A stretch of DNA of 64,000 nucleotides. It comes from Intoshia linei. Its lineage: Eukaryota; Animalia; Orthonectida. The position numbers and the translations under genes were made by a program. Positions 40,725-53,900 of this stretch are shown piece after piece. The DNA lies in assembly GCA_001642005.1 (NCBI GenBank), contig LWCA01000047.1, positions 1 to 64,000 of the forward strand, written 5' to 3'. The notes below the pieces were generated by a model. The model was not told where the DNA came from and did no database searches. It worked only from the letters and a program-made list of their open reading frames with translations. Numbering within the stretch: the stretch's first letter is position 1; every line of letters begins with the position of its first letter.

Positions 40725-41967
40725 ATGGTTAATACGAACGAGGTAATTTTGAGGCATTAACCACATTATTTAACTAATAATTCAGAATGGTAAAATTATG
40801 AATGGAAACTCCAGTAAAACTCAGGTAATATAAATTAAATTTTCTTAGTAACGCATAATCTATAATTTATAATGCAGATATTCGAACCCATGTTAAATGA
40901 AGAAGAAAAACGATACGTCATGTTTCCCATTAAATACGATGATCTTTGGAAAATGTACAAAAAGGCAGTAGCCTCTTTTTGGACAACTGATGAAGTTGAT
41001 TTAAGCCATGACGTTTCTGATTGGAACGATAAATTAAATGACGACGAAAGGCATTTTATTAAACACGTTTTGGCTTTTTTTGCAGCAAGCGATGGCATCG
41101 TGAATGAAAACTTGGTAAATAGTTTTAAAAATGAAAAAATAATTAAAATTAGGCAGAAAGGTTTATAAACGATGTTAAAGTATTAGAAGCTCGTTGTTTT
41201 TACAGTTTTCAAATAATGATTGAAAATATTCACTCGGAAATGTACAGTTTGCTGATTGACACTTACATAAAAGAAAATGATGAAAAGTATAAATATTTCT
41301 ACTGTATAATTTTGCAATTTAAATAGGAATCGTTTGTTCAATGCAATCGATACGATGCCCTGCATACGAAAAAAGGCAAATTGGGCATTGAAATGGATTG
41401 GGGATGACAGTCCATACTCTCATAGAGTTGTAGCATTTGCTGCTGTAGAAGGAATTTTCTTTTCAGGTTCATTCGCTTCCATTTTTTGGTTGAAAAAACG
41501 ATGTCTAATGAAAGGACTCACTTTTAGCAACGAACTCATCAGTCGAGATGAGGTATTCATTATTTCTTAGTTTATATATCTTTCAGGGGTTGCATTGTGA
41601 CTTTGCTTGTTTGATGTATGATCATTTAAAGGTTAAACCTATGGCAGAACTTGTAACACGTATAATTACTGAAGCTGTTGCAATTGAACAAGAATTTTTA
41701 ACTGACGCTTTGCCCGTTAGACTAATCGGCATGAACCATGATTTAATGTGTCAATATATTGAATTTGTTGGTGATTACCTTTTGCAAAATCTTGGACAAC
41801 AAAAAGTTTACAATTCAGATAATCCCTTTGATTTCATGGATAATATTAGTATTGGAGGAAAGACAAACTTTTTTGAACGACGAGTAGGAGAATACCAGAA
41901 ATCTGGTGTCATGGACAGTATCAAGAATTGCGACAATTTTGAATTTTCATTGAATGCTGAATTTTAA
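40725..41967 (+). CDS. RRM2: Ribonucleoside-diphosphate reductase small subunit (class Ia R2)
   Basis: Exons 40725-40742, 40786-40824, 40878-41114, 41153-41286, 41327-41552, 41587-41967. Motifs: [27 protein letters not shown] (radical Tyr), [25 protein letters not shown]-terminal FSLNAEF. The two 5' mini-exons are less certain. Confidence 0.96.
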
Positions 41968-44310
41968 TTTAACAATTTATAAATTAAATTTTTATTGTAT
42001 TATCAACAGCTGGGAAGATTATTCTTTCTAAATGGATATTACTAAAAATTATATCAGGTGAGAATTTTTTTATTACGAAATTGAAGTGAAATTTTCTTAA
42101 ATCATATAAAAATTCAAATACATACTAGTCTAATAGTTAGGGTATTAACGTTTTTAGGGTATTTTGGAAAGTAAATGATGTTCTAAATTAGAGCTTCACT
42201 TTGCATTTACCATCAAAATCACTGCTTAAAATATACCATTTTTTATTTGAACTATTGATTATTTACGAGACGTTCATAGATATTTTTAGTGGTCATTTTT
42301 TACAAGTCAAATTAATTTAAATCAGTATAGTTTTGTTATATCATCTAAAAAAGGTCACTTTTCGAGTGTCAACTGTAAAAATGAATGTTTTAATTAAATT
42401 TTGATTCGGAAAAACCGGTGGGCGTGAAATGGTCCGAAATACGTACGTACTTGTATTAAAAAAAATTTTAAATCATTGTTTTAGAATGATTTATAAATGA
42501 AAAATGTGGAGAAAGATTAAAAACATACAACATCTGAGGTATTATCTACAAAAATGTCTTCGTCTTGTTCCAATATTTTTGGTCCTATAAAGCGTCTAAA
42601 TGTTTGTATATTCATAAAAGGCATAGGTATATAAATCAAGGTTCCGATATACATGCATTGCATATTGTTTATTAATTGATCATTCATCAGTAATTATTTT
42701 ATTTATTTCAGTAAATATAGAAACCAGTGCAAACCTACCGTACACAAAACCCTCTTAGGGTCTCAACGAAATTTTCGTAAAATGGAGGCATCATTATTCC
42801 AAATTTAGCATTAAAAAAATTATATCAATCAATATATAAATATTTTGTGTTAAATTTCAACCCAAGGCCATTGATAGGTGGCTAGACTACATATGACACT
42901 ACGCATCGTCTTATTTTTCATATATTGTCATATTTTTTATTTTGGGGTAGACTCGGCTCTGATTGAGACTATCCATTTTTTGCAATTAAAAATTAATAAC
43001 AGTTCGTTTTTTGTAACATAGTTAATTAAGGGCATCTACAGTTTTGTGGTTAATTATGATGAATTTAAACATCATTAAAACCCAAAAAACACCCAAATCT
43101 GATAATACTTAAAATAATGTATTTTTAATATTCATCTCAAAATTTTTATATTAACCGTTAAATGTCAATAATTGCATTTGGTAAGGTTGGCACTACGTTG
43201 TTAGTTTGATTTATATACTTTCAGGATATTACAAAATTATTATAGAAAATTTAATATTAAGGCTCTATAAGACATTATGACAAAAAATAAAATATACTAT
43301 ATTTTTAAATACATTCTCAAAAGAAATGCATCATAACTACCCAAATGTTGACTAAAAAAGTAATAACAGTACATACAGTAATGTAGTAATGTAGTAATGT
43401 TCAGAAAATTAAACTCTATCGAATGTGCGTAAAAATATTGCGGCTAGAATTTAAAAACATGAGTTAATTATTAAAATATATAATTATTTTTGTATAGAAT
43501 ATTAGAATTATATAATTATACTCAGAGCCGTCTTAAGTCATACGTGGAAGATGGGGTTGAATGATACACAATTATCAAAAAATTATATAAAAAGGATTAA
43601 AAAAAAACCCTGGGCCAAAGCACTTCAAAATATGAATAATGAGCAAAATTTAATTTATTTTGTATAGTGAATTTCATAGTAATAATTATTTCTATAACAA
43701 TTAATTTTAAATTTATATTTTTTTATATTTATTCAGTTTTTTCATTGGAATCGGTTTTTTATCAATTCGGTGATGATTCACTAGACGATAATTTTGCGCA
43801 TCTTTATAGCTATTTGTATAAAAATTTTTATATTTAAAATAATGTTTTTAAGAAAATTGTCATATATTAGTTACTGTGGGCGATATATTGTTCAAAACTT
43901 TAAAGGCGATGCCTCAGGGTTTTTTTAATAGTTGAGAGGTAAGACTGGGTGCAAATTGAATATTTTCAAAATGTTCATATGGTGGAAAGGTGTACTTTTA
44001 ATATAAAAATTAGTTCACACCCCTAATACATATATAAAAAATGTTTTTGATTTCCCTTTCCATTGTTTAATCTAGCGTTTGGAAAATTTTTTTCAGTTAC
44101 TCCACGGGAATATAAAAATACAACAAATTTAAAAAACCACAAAAAAGAGTGTATTCATTTAGAATAGTATCCTGCCATACGTATATATAGAGATTATATT
44201 TTTGAAATGACTCAATTTGATTTACTCAGAATAAAAAATGTTCGTGTGTTAAGAGTTTATTGAAATGAATTTCCCGTTTGGGACTATATACGCATTTTGA
44301 ACCAAAAAAA

Positions 44311-47300
44311 TTACTTGGATATATATTCTTGACTATTACTCAATATATCGTGTATTTTTTTAATAGCTAAATGTAATATGAAATTGGTTCTATAATTGCA
44401 TTACTTGATTTTTTTACATTTAGAGTTAATGAATCACGTATCCATTCAATATTTTTTTTAGGTTCAGAACGGTTGTAAAAAGTGTCCCAATATCTAAAAT
44501 TTAATTATAATAAAAAAATATACATTTAAAAAACATTCAACGAGGTTCATTTAACGTTACATTTTTAGATTTTTAAATCATTTAAGATAACTTACCATTA
44601 CAAATTTTTATAGTTTCAATACAGATAATGTAAAATTCAATGTAGATAAATGGTTTTAAAAATATAAAAAAGGAACTAATTAATTATGTTGTAAAAACAA
44701 TATATAATAAATCGTAAGAGATCTAATCACATACCTAATTTGGTAGGGTGAATCCAATGGTAAAATATCAATTTTGTGTAAATAATATTTATTTATATAT
44801 TTGTCTTTATCCTTTAATAAAACAGGCCATAACATGCAAGTTTTTTTAGAAAAACTAAAATTTTATAAAGATTAAATTACAACTGAAAAATACTATTCTT
44901 TTCTTTCTTTTATACAATTTGATAAAAATGTTCCAAATCTGCACATGAACATTTCATCCAAAATTCTAATTAAAAAGCTTTCATTATATTGAAATTCAGA
45001 CGGAAAATTGCTCAAAATCTGCCAACAACATTCAATAAACTGTAAAAACACTGGAGATTTTTCATCATTTTTCGTATTTAAAAAATCACAACGATCTCTA
45101 AATTTGTGACCAAAGTGTATCCAATCTTTCTCAATTAACTCCTAAACGGTGATATTAAAATAGTATAATTATTAAATTTACTATTAGTCCGTCAATAGTT
45201 CGATAATGTGGTGACAACATCATTTGCGTCAACGAACAGGTTTGTGCTGTGCGATCCCACCCATCTAATTATTGAAAACGCAATTACATTTAATTTAAAG
45301 TGTATCAATATTTTTATCCATAGAATATAAATGCAAAATATATTACCAGAACAGTGTGACAATACAGGATTATTTTGGATACAAACATACTAAAAAATAA
45401 TAATGTAAATAAATAAAATATAAAAAATGAAATGTTACTTTGGCCATGCACTTTGATGCATCTATAATTGTTAGAATATGCTTAAGCCAAAAACTGTTTG
45501 AAATGTTGTAATTAAATTCACTTTGGTTAACAACTTTTTTAGAAGCTAAACCAATTAAGCAATGCACAAATGTATAAAACCTTTCATCATTTGTTTTAGA
45601 CTATTTCTGATGACATGAATATTTTGCATATTTTGGTAAGAAAATTTTATATTTTTGTAATTTTTCTCCTTTTCGTAACCCTTTCCAGCAGCCATATTAA
45701 AATAAATATTTTTCTAGACAATCAAAATAAATTTAAACTACAAAAAATAAAAACCAAAGGACGTAAATCAACTACATTAATGATATTTGAATCGGTAGTT
45801 TTCAAAATTTGTTTAATAAAAAGTTCATCACCCAAAGAACGTTTATCAAATCCCGATTTAGGTTGGCTGGATCGACAAATAGGGATATATTGATCTTTTG
45901 TTCGAAAAATGTAAGTCAAAATGGGCAAACGTCCTTTACATCGAAATTCTGCACATCTTCTAACAGTAGTATCTAGAACGCGAGCTGGAACAATTATGTA
46001 TTTAGGATAAGTTTCGCTAAGCTGTAAAGTTTTTTTAAAATATTAATAATATAAACGGTAAAATCAGAATTTAAATGAGAAATTTTCCACAGGTGTTCAG
46101 GTAAATTCATTCGTTTATATTGTGATTTAAGACTATAAAAGGAATCCTCTTCCCATCCGATATATAAATCTGACAGGTTCATTTTGTTGTGTTGGTAGAG
46201 ACAATAATTAACTAATTGGTCAATTTTTTCTAAAATTGTTAAAATAGTATAATTTTCAAAATTAATGCATATAACCGTTGATTTGTATTTTCAGTTAATG
46301 TGGAGAATCGTTAATAATAGGTTTATTTTACTAAACCTAATATGAAAATCCCCATTTATGAACTACATAATCTTATTATTACGAATAAAATTAAACGTAT
46401 AAAATAAAAACATATTTAGATAAAACCCAAGAAAAAATAATTTCAACAAAAAATGCATGCAAATATCACTAAACAGAACTCTCATCGGCAGTTCCGACCT
46501 TACTGTACCAGAAACTCCTCTTCGGTAGCCTCGACGAAATTTTCGTAAAATGGGGTTCATTTTTCCAAACTGAGAATTAAAAAATATATTCTTGAATATG
46601 AAAACTATTTTGTGTATTAAATTTAAAATATCATGGATAGATGCTAAAGGCAATAAGACACTACATATAGTATGGAAAAAATTATTGGGGGCCAATTTTT
46701 AATTTTCGGGTGGTTTCGAGCTAGGTAGATTCGGCTATGCTCATACGGGTATTTTTAAAAATTTTATCAAGAGTATTTTTTAAAAATTTATTTTTCGGAG
46801 TTTGGTTAATACCAGCGGATTTTTTGTTTAACGAGTGAAATAGATTATATTTTATTTATTTTTTTTAAATGAAATCACTCAGTCAGGGTTTAATAAAATC
46901 TTAAAATATTTATTCATGATGGAATATAAAGCAAAATTCTTCACATTGACTGAAATACTCGAGTCTCTCTACAATTCGCAAATCTTCTACATCGTCATAG
47001 AATATTGGGAAAAGTTGATGTTATTAAACAAGGGAGACCAACGTATCAAAACGGTTCTAAAAAAATCTAGTAATATACACGGTTAAGGTAACCATTTTTC
47101 CATTCCGAAAAAACACACCAATCCCCCTATTGACGAATTGGACAGAGCATACGGTAATAGATAAAATACTTGTCCAAAAAAATACTTATAGTTTTAATAG
47201 ATTCAAAAGTTTCTTGTATAAAAATGACATCTCCCATAGTATAAAATTCGACAATAATATTGAAAAAATTGTGACATTTTATGTAGCAAATTTTTTTATT

Positions 47301-47654
47301 GGTTTCAGATTGTTTAAAAGACTTTAAAATGGAATATGGAACCTAAATTTTTTTATTATAAAAAGAAAACTATAAACTAACAGGATATTCATGATATTCC
47401 ATTTGATGTTCAGTTTCAATTTCTAGGTTATTTCTGTCATATTGTCTATTTTTTATAATAAAATGATCTTCATTCAATGTAATTGAAATAAATTCTACAT
47501 TTTTTAATTCAATTATGTCTAATCGTTGTACGTTTATCGTCTAAAAAATAAAGATTAAAAAATAGCATCCATTTACTATGATTATACTACTAGTGGGAAC
47601 GATTTTTAGCGTTAGAATCGCATTCAGAATTAAATTTTGATTGAGGTGGAGCAT
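44311..47654 (-). CDS. MTMR6/7/8: Myotubularin-related phosphoinositide 3-phosphatase, MTMR6/7/8 type, catalytically intact
   Basis: PH-GRAM-like exons 47540-47382 and 47342-~47186. Exons 46229-46057 and 46021-~45754 (ETYP..FRCKGRLPILTY..CRSSQP..VVDLRP), then AAGKGYE..NIHVIRNSL and WLKHI. SHCS|DGWDRTAQ is split by intron 45265-45346. IEKDWIHFGHKFRDRC..EKSPVFLQF..FGTFLSNCIKER follows. The start codon (47654 or nearby) and the last exon are uncertain. Confidence 0.88.
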
Positions 47655-48276
47655 TGATGGAACAAGTCGAACTGAAGAACATATTTTAATTAAAATAAAT
47701 AAAATTTTTAAAATATGAATAATTTTAATCGTTTTTTTTTTCAGGAATCTTTACATTTCAGCAAGGTATGTCAAATTAGTTTCATGCAAAATAACCAAAT
47801 ATATCAATTGTAATTATTAAACATATCATACTATCTGGAATTTGGCGATAATGAATTCATCAATTAACAAAAAATCTTCCATAATCAATATTAAATTCGA
47901 CACTGGCTCACCCCGATGATCGTTAATTGATAGGATTTTAATTTTTTTAGGTTGCTGCACCCTATTTTATATTTTTAAATAAACTGGTTTTTTTAGATTT
48001 TACAGACAATTTTAAAATAAATCATTATAAAAAAATAAGTTTTTTATGGACTCAATTGATCCATATGGACAACTTTGGCTATCCTTGCTTTACTGAAAAA
48101 ATAAAAAATTAAAAATTAAAAAAGAATTATACTGTTTACAGATCAAAGGAACAGACGTAAGAAAAAAGAATAGTCTATTAATCATAAAGTGAAAATATTT
48201 CAAAATTAAATAAAATCAAAGATAGAGGATACAAAAAAAGTTTTTTTATAATTAGCTCTATGTGGCTGGATCAGAA

Positions 48277-48508
48277 CAGGGCCGTGGAGAGGGCTACTGC
48301 CATATGACCCGGTCTACAATCATGAAGGGTCTTTTTTAATTTATTAATAGGTAATGTTGGAAAATTTCGATAACCAATGAGACTTCCAACGATTATTTTT
48401 AATTTATAGATAATGAACGATCATAAAAATCCCATTTTTTAAAAAATTTTCATAAGCTGTCTACAATTTCCATCTGACCGGGCCTACTGCTAGCTCTCCA
48501 CGACCCTG
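48277..48508. mobile_element. hAT-like MITE
   Basis: TIRs cagggccgtggagag / ctctccacgaccctg. A related end lies at ~30166. Confidence 0.65.
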
Positions 48509-49288
48509 GAGACACACAATATGAGAGGATTAATGTCCAAGAAAAAGACGGGGATATTAAACTTTATACTCCAAACTACTCAGAAATTTCAATAATAACA
48601 AAATTACTCAGATCTGAAGTAATGGCGTGGTGAAAATATATTGATTTTTCATATGCATTTCATAGTTCAGAATTTTAAGTTTTATTGCTCACATATATAA
48701 ATTATATGTCAAAACGTATGATCTTTATACTATGGGATTAGTTTTTATTTCTCTACTAAGATTTTAATTTATATTTGTTGATAAAATAATTTTAATTCAA
48801 ACGTGGCTCGTAGTGGTTAAGGCTTAACTCCATAATTCACCAGTATTTTAACAGGAGGGTCAAGATATAAGAGAGTAAAATATAAATACACATCTACTAT
48901 AAATCACACCATTTTCTAAAAGGGTGTGCCTTATATCAAATATTACTGTACTTCACAATGAAATGTGTTGGTGTGTCAAATTAAATAAACAAGACAAAAA
49001 CTAAAACATGAAATATTCGAAATAGAAATCACCTTAATCTTGGACGTATCGATTTTTAACATTTCAGCTAAAATTCTTCAACATTTTTATATTGCAGTAT
49101 CAACTGTTGTTTATTTAAATAAACAAGTTACGAATCTTGAAAATAAAAATTGTATGTAATGATTCATATGTGGATTTAAGAGAATTTAACAATTAGTCAA
49201 TAAATTAACAAGTAAAAAAATTCACAGACTCGTGAATATTTTTAAAATGTTTCACCCAATTGTAATATTCAAGATATACCATCAATAG

Positions 49289-50287
49289 CAGAGGTGTCAA
49301 TTAGGGAATGATATCCGATTAATTGATTAATCGAAAACCCGGTTAATCGCTTACAATAATCGGAATATTATTCAAATAATCGGATTTTTAAAAATTTCAT
49401 AAATATATCAGTGAAATCATATATCACATTACTTTTTACTTTAAAATGAATTATTCCATCTTAATTTTTTGTTTGTTAACATTAATTAAATTTAGTAATT
49501 TGTGGTTTTGGCCCTGAAGATATAATATTTTTAAAAAATTTTGAAATTTATGACAATTTTTATGATTTTAAAATCCGTATCAGCGTATATATTTTTTTTA
49601 AATTCTCAAACTCGTTTGATTTTCAAAAAAAAGGACAATTGGGATTTTTAACCCGAAAGATGTAAGCTTGGGATGTTGAAATTTATTTTGCGAGCACCCC
49701 CGGTAAAAACTGTAATTGAAATGTGGACTTTATAAAATTCTAAGACGAATAGTTATGTAAATAAAGTGGAACACCACACACAAACAAAAATTGCGTAGCA
49801 TATTATATAAGTAAGGATTATTGGTTTTTATGTTAAAAATTTTGAATTCCGATTAATCGGATAATCGTTTTTCAAATAACCGGAATCATTCGATAACCGG
49901 TTTGTCAAATTTTCGAATAATCATCACTCCATAGTGTCAATTATGCGGCCCTCGGGGCATTTGTGGCCCCAATTATGAATTGTGTGACCCGCATTATAAT
50001 ATAAATTTTTATTTTTTTTATAACAATTTTTTACGCATATTTCTTATTTTACAGTTTTGTCATATATTTTTTATGATATATTTATTCATTGTTACAATTT
50101 TAACATTATTTTTACACTTATTTATTTTAATTGTTTCATATTTTATTTTATGAATTAAAATTATTATAAATTAATTAAATTTGTTAGTTTTAACATAATT
50201 TTTTGAGTAAAGATTTTTTTTGTGCGGCCCACGTAATAATTTTTTTTCACATTTGGCCCGCTAAGCAAATTGAGTAAGATACCACTG
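49289..50287. mobile_element. Three nested elements: a hAT-like MITE containing a second TIR element containing a Helitron fragment
   Basis: Outer ends cagaggtgtc / gataccactg. Inner element 49302-49933 has a perfect TSD gtgtcaat. A family H segment lies at ~49413-49818. Confidence 0.75.
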
Positions 50288-50971
50288 CTATTGATTCAAT
50301 AACAACTAGTCAGTAAAAATGTTGTCCTCTCAGAGGACTACTCTCTTCTTTATTTTTTGTTATTGTAATATAAAAATACATTTTGAATAATCTGTAAAAG
50401 TTAACTTCTCTCCTAAAGATTGGTTTTCTCATTTGGCTTCGATCGGGTTATTTTCGACTCTGGTAGTGTTAAGATTAGAATAACAATGAAATAATTCAAC
50501 TAATAATGATATATGACAACCGATCCGAACGTACAAGCCTCTAGGTCACCAGAAAATGAAAAACAGGTCCTTTACAAAAAATTTCACACACGATGCGTTC
50601 TATTATATAGCCCCTAGTCACCTCTCTAAGATGGTTGACTTGATATTTTCAATTACACACAAAAAATAGTTATGATATTCACGAATATAATTTTTGTACT
50701 TGTAAATCAATTTGAAAAAATGAGAACCTATTTTACAAACATTTTGTAAAGTTCCCGAAAAAAGATCTCTGCCAGAGACTCTCTGGTACGGTATGTTCGA
50801 GGCTGTAAGGCAATACCATGTAATATATATACCAACGAACTTTAATAATTTAATTTTAAAATAAAAATTTTAATGAAATGTAATAAGTAAATGTTAAATG
50901 AATGTTGCTAATAAGTACATTCGAAACAATTCCCATGATATAGATACAAACATAAATTTAAAAACAGGGAA

Positions 50972-53900
50972 ATGGATTTGTGCATAAAAAAGTTGTTAAA
51001 TTCATATGAATCAAATAATAATGGTAAATAATGGATAAATAATATACATTGTGTATAGTGGAGGATTTAAATAAAGCTTTGAATATAATGACGACTCATT
51101 CCAACCAATTTTCACAAAATTTTTCACACAATCCATTTAATGAAGAATTGTTTGTCAGTTTAGCAGAATTGGCATTAGAAGTATTATTTAAAATTATTAA
51201 ATTTACCAATAATTAGAATAATGAGAAAATTATAACAAAAATAATCCTTACATCATATTTACCTATCGCTATAACGCAAAGTTATTATGGCCGCGCCTTG
51301 CTTTGCCAAGCTTTAATTAGTGGACCTGAAAACACTGATGAAATTGTACCTCAATTAAATTAAAATAAAAATATAAATTTTGTAGGATAAATTGGAAAAG
51401 GCACAAGAATATTTATTTGAAGCTCTCGAAATTGGAACAAAGTATCCAGAATGTTCATTTTTAATTTTTAACATTTCAATTACGTTTTGGAAAATTTCCG
51501 AAATATTTATGAAACAAGATTATCGCTTTTTAATTATGAATGGACTTCAAAAAATTTTTAAAGCATTAAATAAAAATAAAGATAAAGACTACATTTGGAT
51601 AACGCGAATAATTATGTAAAATATTTTTTACATTTTAATTTAAAATAATAGAGAGCTTTTGAAATCATACTGCGAGGTCAACAAGAAAAATTTTGCTATA
51701 AATTTAGTTACAAATTCATTCAATATGATTAGGTCTCATGCTTCTTCATATTTTAAAGAATTTTTTCGATTGGCAGTATATTTTTTAAATTATATAAAAT
51801 ATTAATATTATTACTTAAAATTATGATTAGATAGTTAAAAACTTGTTTGAAATTGGTAAATTGGATAAGGAAATAAAAATGACTACTGAAATTAATTTTT
51901 ACCAAAGAATATGTCGATTGAAATGGTTGGTTTATTTAAATTATATTTACATTTTCAATTAAATTCAGCTCTTTGGATAATAACGGACTGAGAGCCGATA
52001 ATTACGATGAAATAAAAAAAATTTTTGAAACGATTTTTTCTAATGCAAGCAAAAAAGCTTTGGTTAAAAACAAAGAGTAATCTAAACTTGTACATATTAA
52101 TTAAATTTTTTTTAGTATCAATTCTGATATGCATTTGTATGGTTAAGTTAATTGTATTTATTAATGTAATTTTAGATCAATACTTTTAATTGAATTTGCT
52201 CACATGATGTATAAATACGATTTGTTGCGAGCAGTCGAACGTTTAATTAATCACTTTCGAAAAAATTATCATTGCTTCAACGCATATTCCCAATCTTTGG
52301 TACAATGTCTTGATATAGAACTAAAGATTAGAATGAAAAGTCAACCCATTAGTACTACGCGTAGATTTAGTTCAGTTGATATCAAAATTGGGAAAATTAC
52401 GCCGTTAAATTCAAATAGTTCACAATCTTATTTACCACACAATATCAGTTTAATTGAAACTCCAGTGTATAATTCTAGCAATACTTTCGGTATTATTAAT
52501 GATGAGTCGATTAAACTTAGACATGAGTCTTGTGAAAATCTTATCAATATTATCAACAATAATTTGCGCAATCAACACATTGATATTGTACAGGTTGCTT
52601 GCGTGGCTATATGGAATATGTGTCTACCACTTCTTCATTATAACCTTAAAAATGACATTGTTAAATATATCAAATTTGCATCAGATTCATTAGAGAAAAT
52701 TGAAAGGTTTATTTATTTTAATGAATGTAAACGTTACATTAGTATATAATTATTTTAATTATATGTAATATACCCTCATCAGGTAAAAATTTTTTGGGAA
52801 GGTACATTCGTTATAGAGTCCATTTCATAAACCTTACATAATCGTGGTATAATATATGTATACTTAAAACTACATTGTTTAGTAATATGAATGAAATGCG
52901 AAGTCGTTTATATATGGAATTAGGAAAATTTTATAAAAAAGATCAAAAGCCTATATTAGCTTTGCAGAATATAAACAAGGTTTAATTTACAATATATTTA
53001 CATTTTCAAATAATAATTGATAAATCTAGGCTATGATAAAAGATGAAAAATGTTTATATCAAAATAGTTTGTTTTATTTAAAATATCGAATCGAAAAAAG
53101 TATGCAATTGTACGAAAAACCTGTTGACATTTTAGATAAAGTTACGCAATTAATTGAACAGGTAATACATGTGTTTAAAATAATTATTATTTCTACTCAT
53201 TAGTTGTTGAGTGCTGAAAATTTAACAAAAGATGACAAAAATAGTGATTATGATAAAAACAATAATTCAGACAAAAATACTAACGAATTATTAATACAAG
53301 TGGGTGGCTTACTCGCTCCCACTTTTCGATTTGTTTTGGCGGCGGAAAATATTAAACCATTAGATATTAATGACACTATCTCATTGTTGGCTGCATCACA
53401 AAGAATGGATTCTCTTGAAGATATCAATGAAAAAATCAGAGAGTTTGAAATAATTTCAAATGGAGCAACTGAATTTCTTTTAAGGTATTTTTATATTGTA
53501 AAAATGATAATTTTGGAATGTAGATGTCAATTATGTATAGATTTGTGTTTTTTGGCTTGGAAAAAAAATCAATTTGATATATTTCGCACTGCAGTTCGTT
53601 TTACTTTGACGTTTGCTAGTGAAAAATTGTATAGTATTGAAAAAACTAATGATAAGGATAAAAATGATAGCATCAATTCTAATGTTTCTGCAAATTATAT
53701 ATCCAAGTAATCCTTACTTATATACTATTGTAATGTGCTTTGTCTGTCTGTGTGTGAATCAGAGCCGTCTTAAGCCACTTCGTGGCTCTGGGCTAAGCAA
53801 AAGGCCAGAGATCGTTTAAAGTTTCAAAGTTTTAAAGAGCGAAGCGATAAAAAAATTTTAGGGCTCCTTTTTAGAAGACAGGGCATACTGTTGATTGGAG

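Noticed and set aside
40872-41967. Viral or horizontally acquired ribonucleotide reductase
   Set aside because: It has several host-type spliceosomal introns, a canonical animal R2 sequence and no viral neighbours.
48802-48830. tRNA-like A-box (gtggctcgtagtggttaaggc)
   Set aside because: No B-box or cloverleaf follows. At most a SINE remnant.
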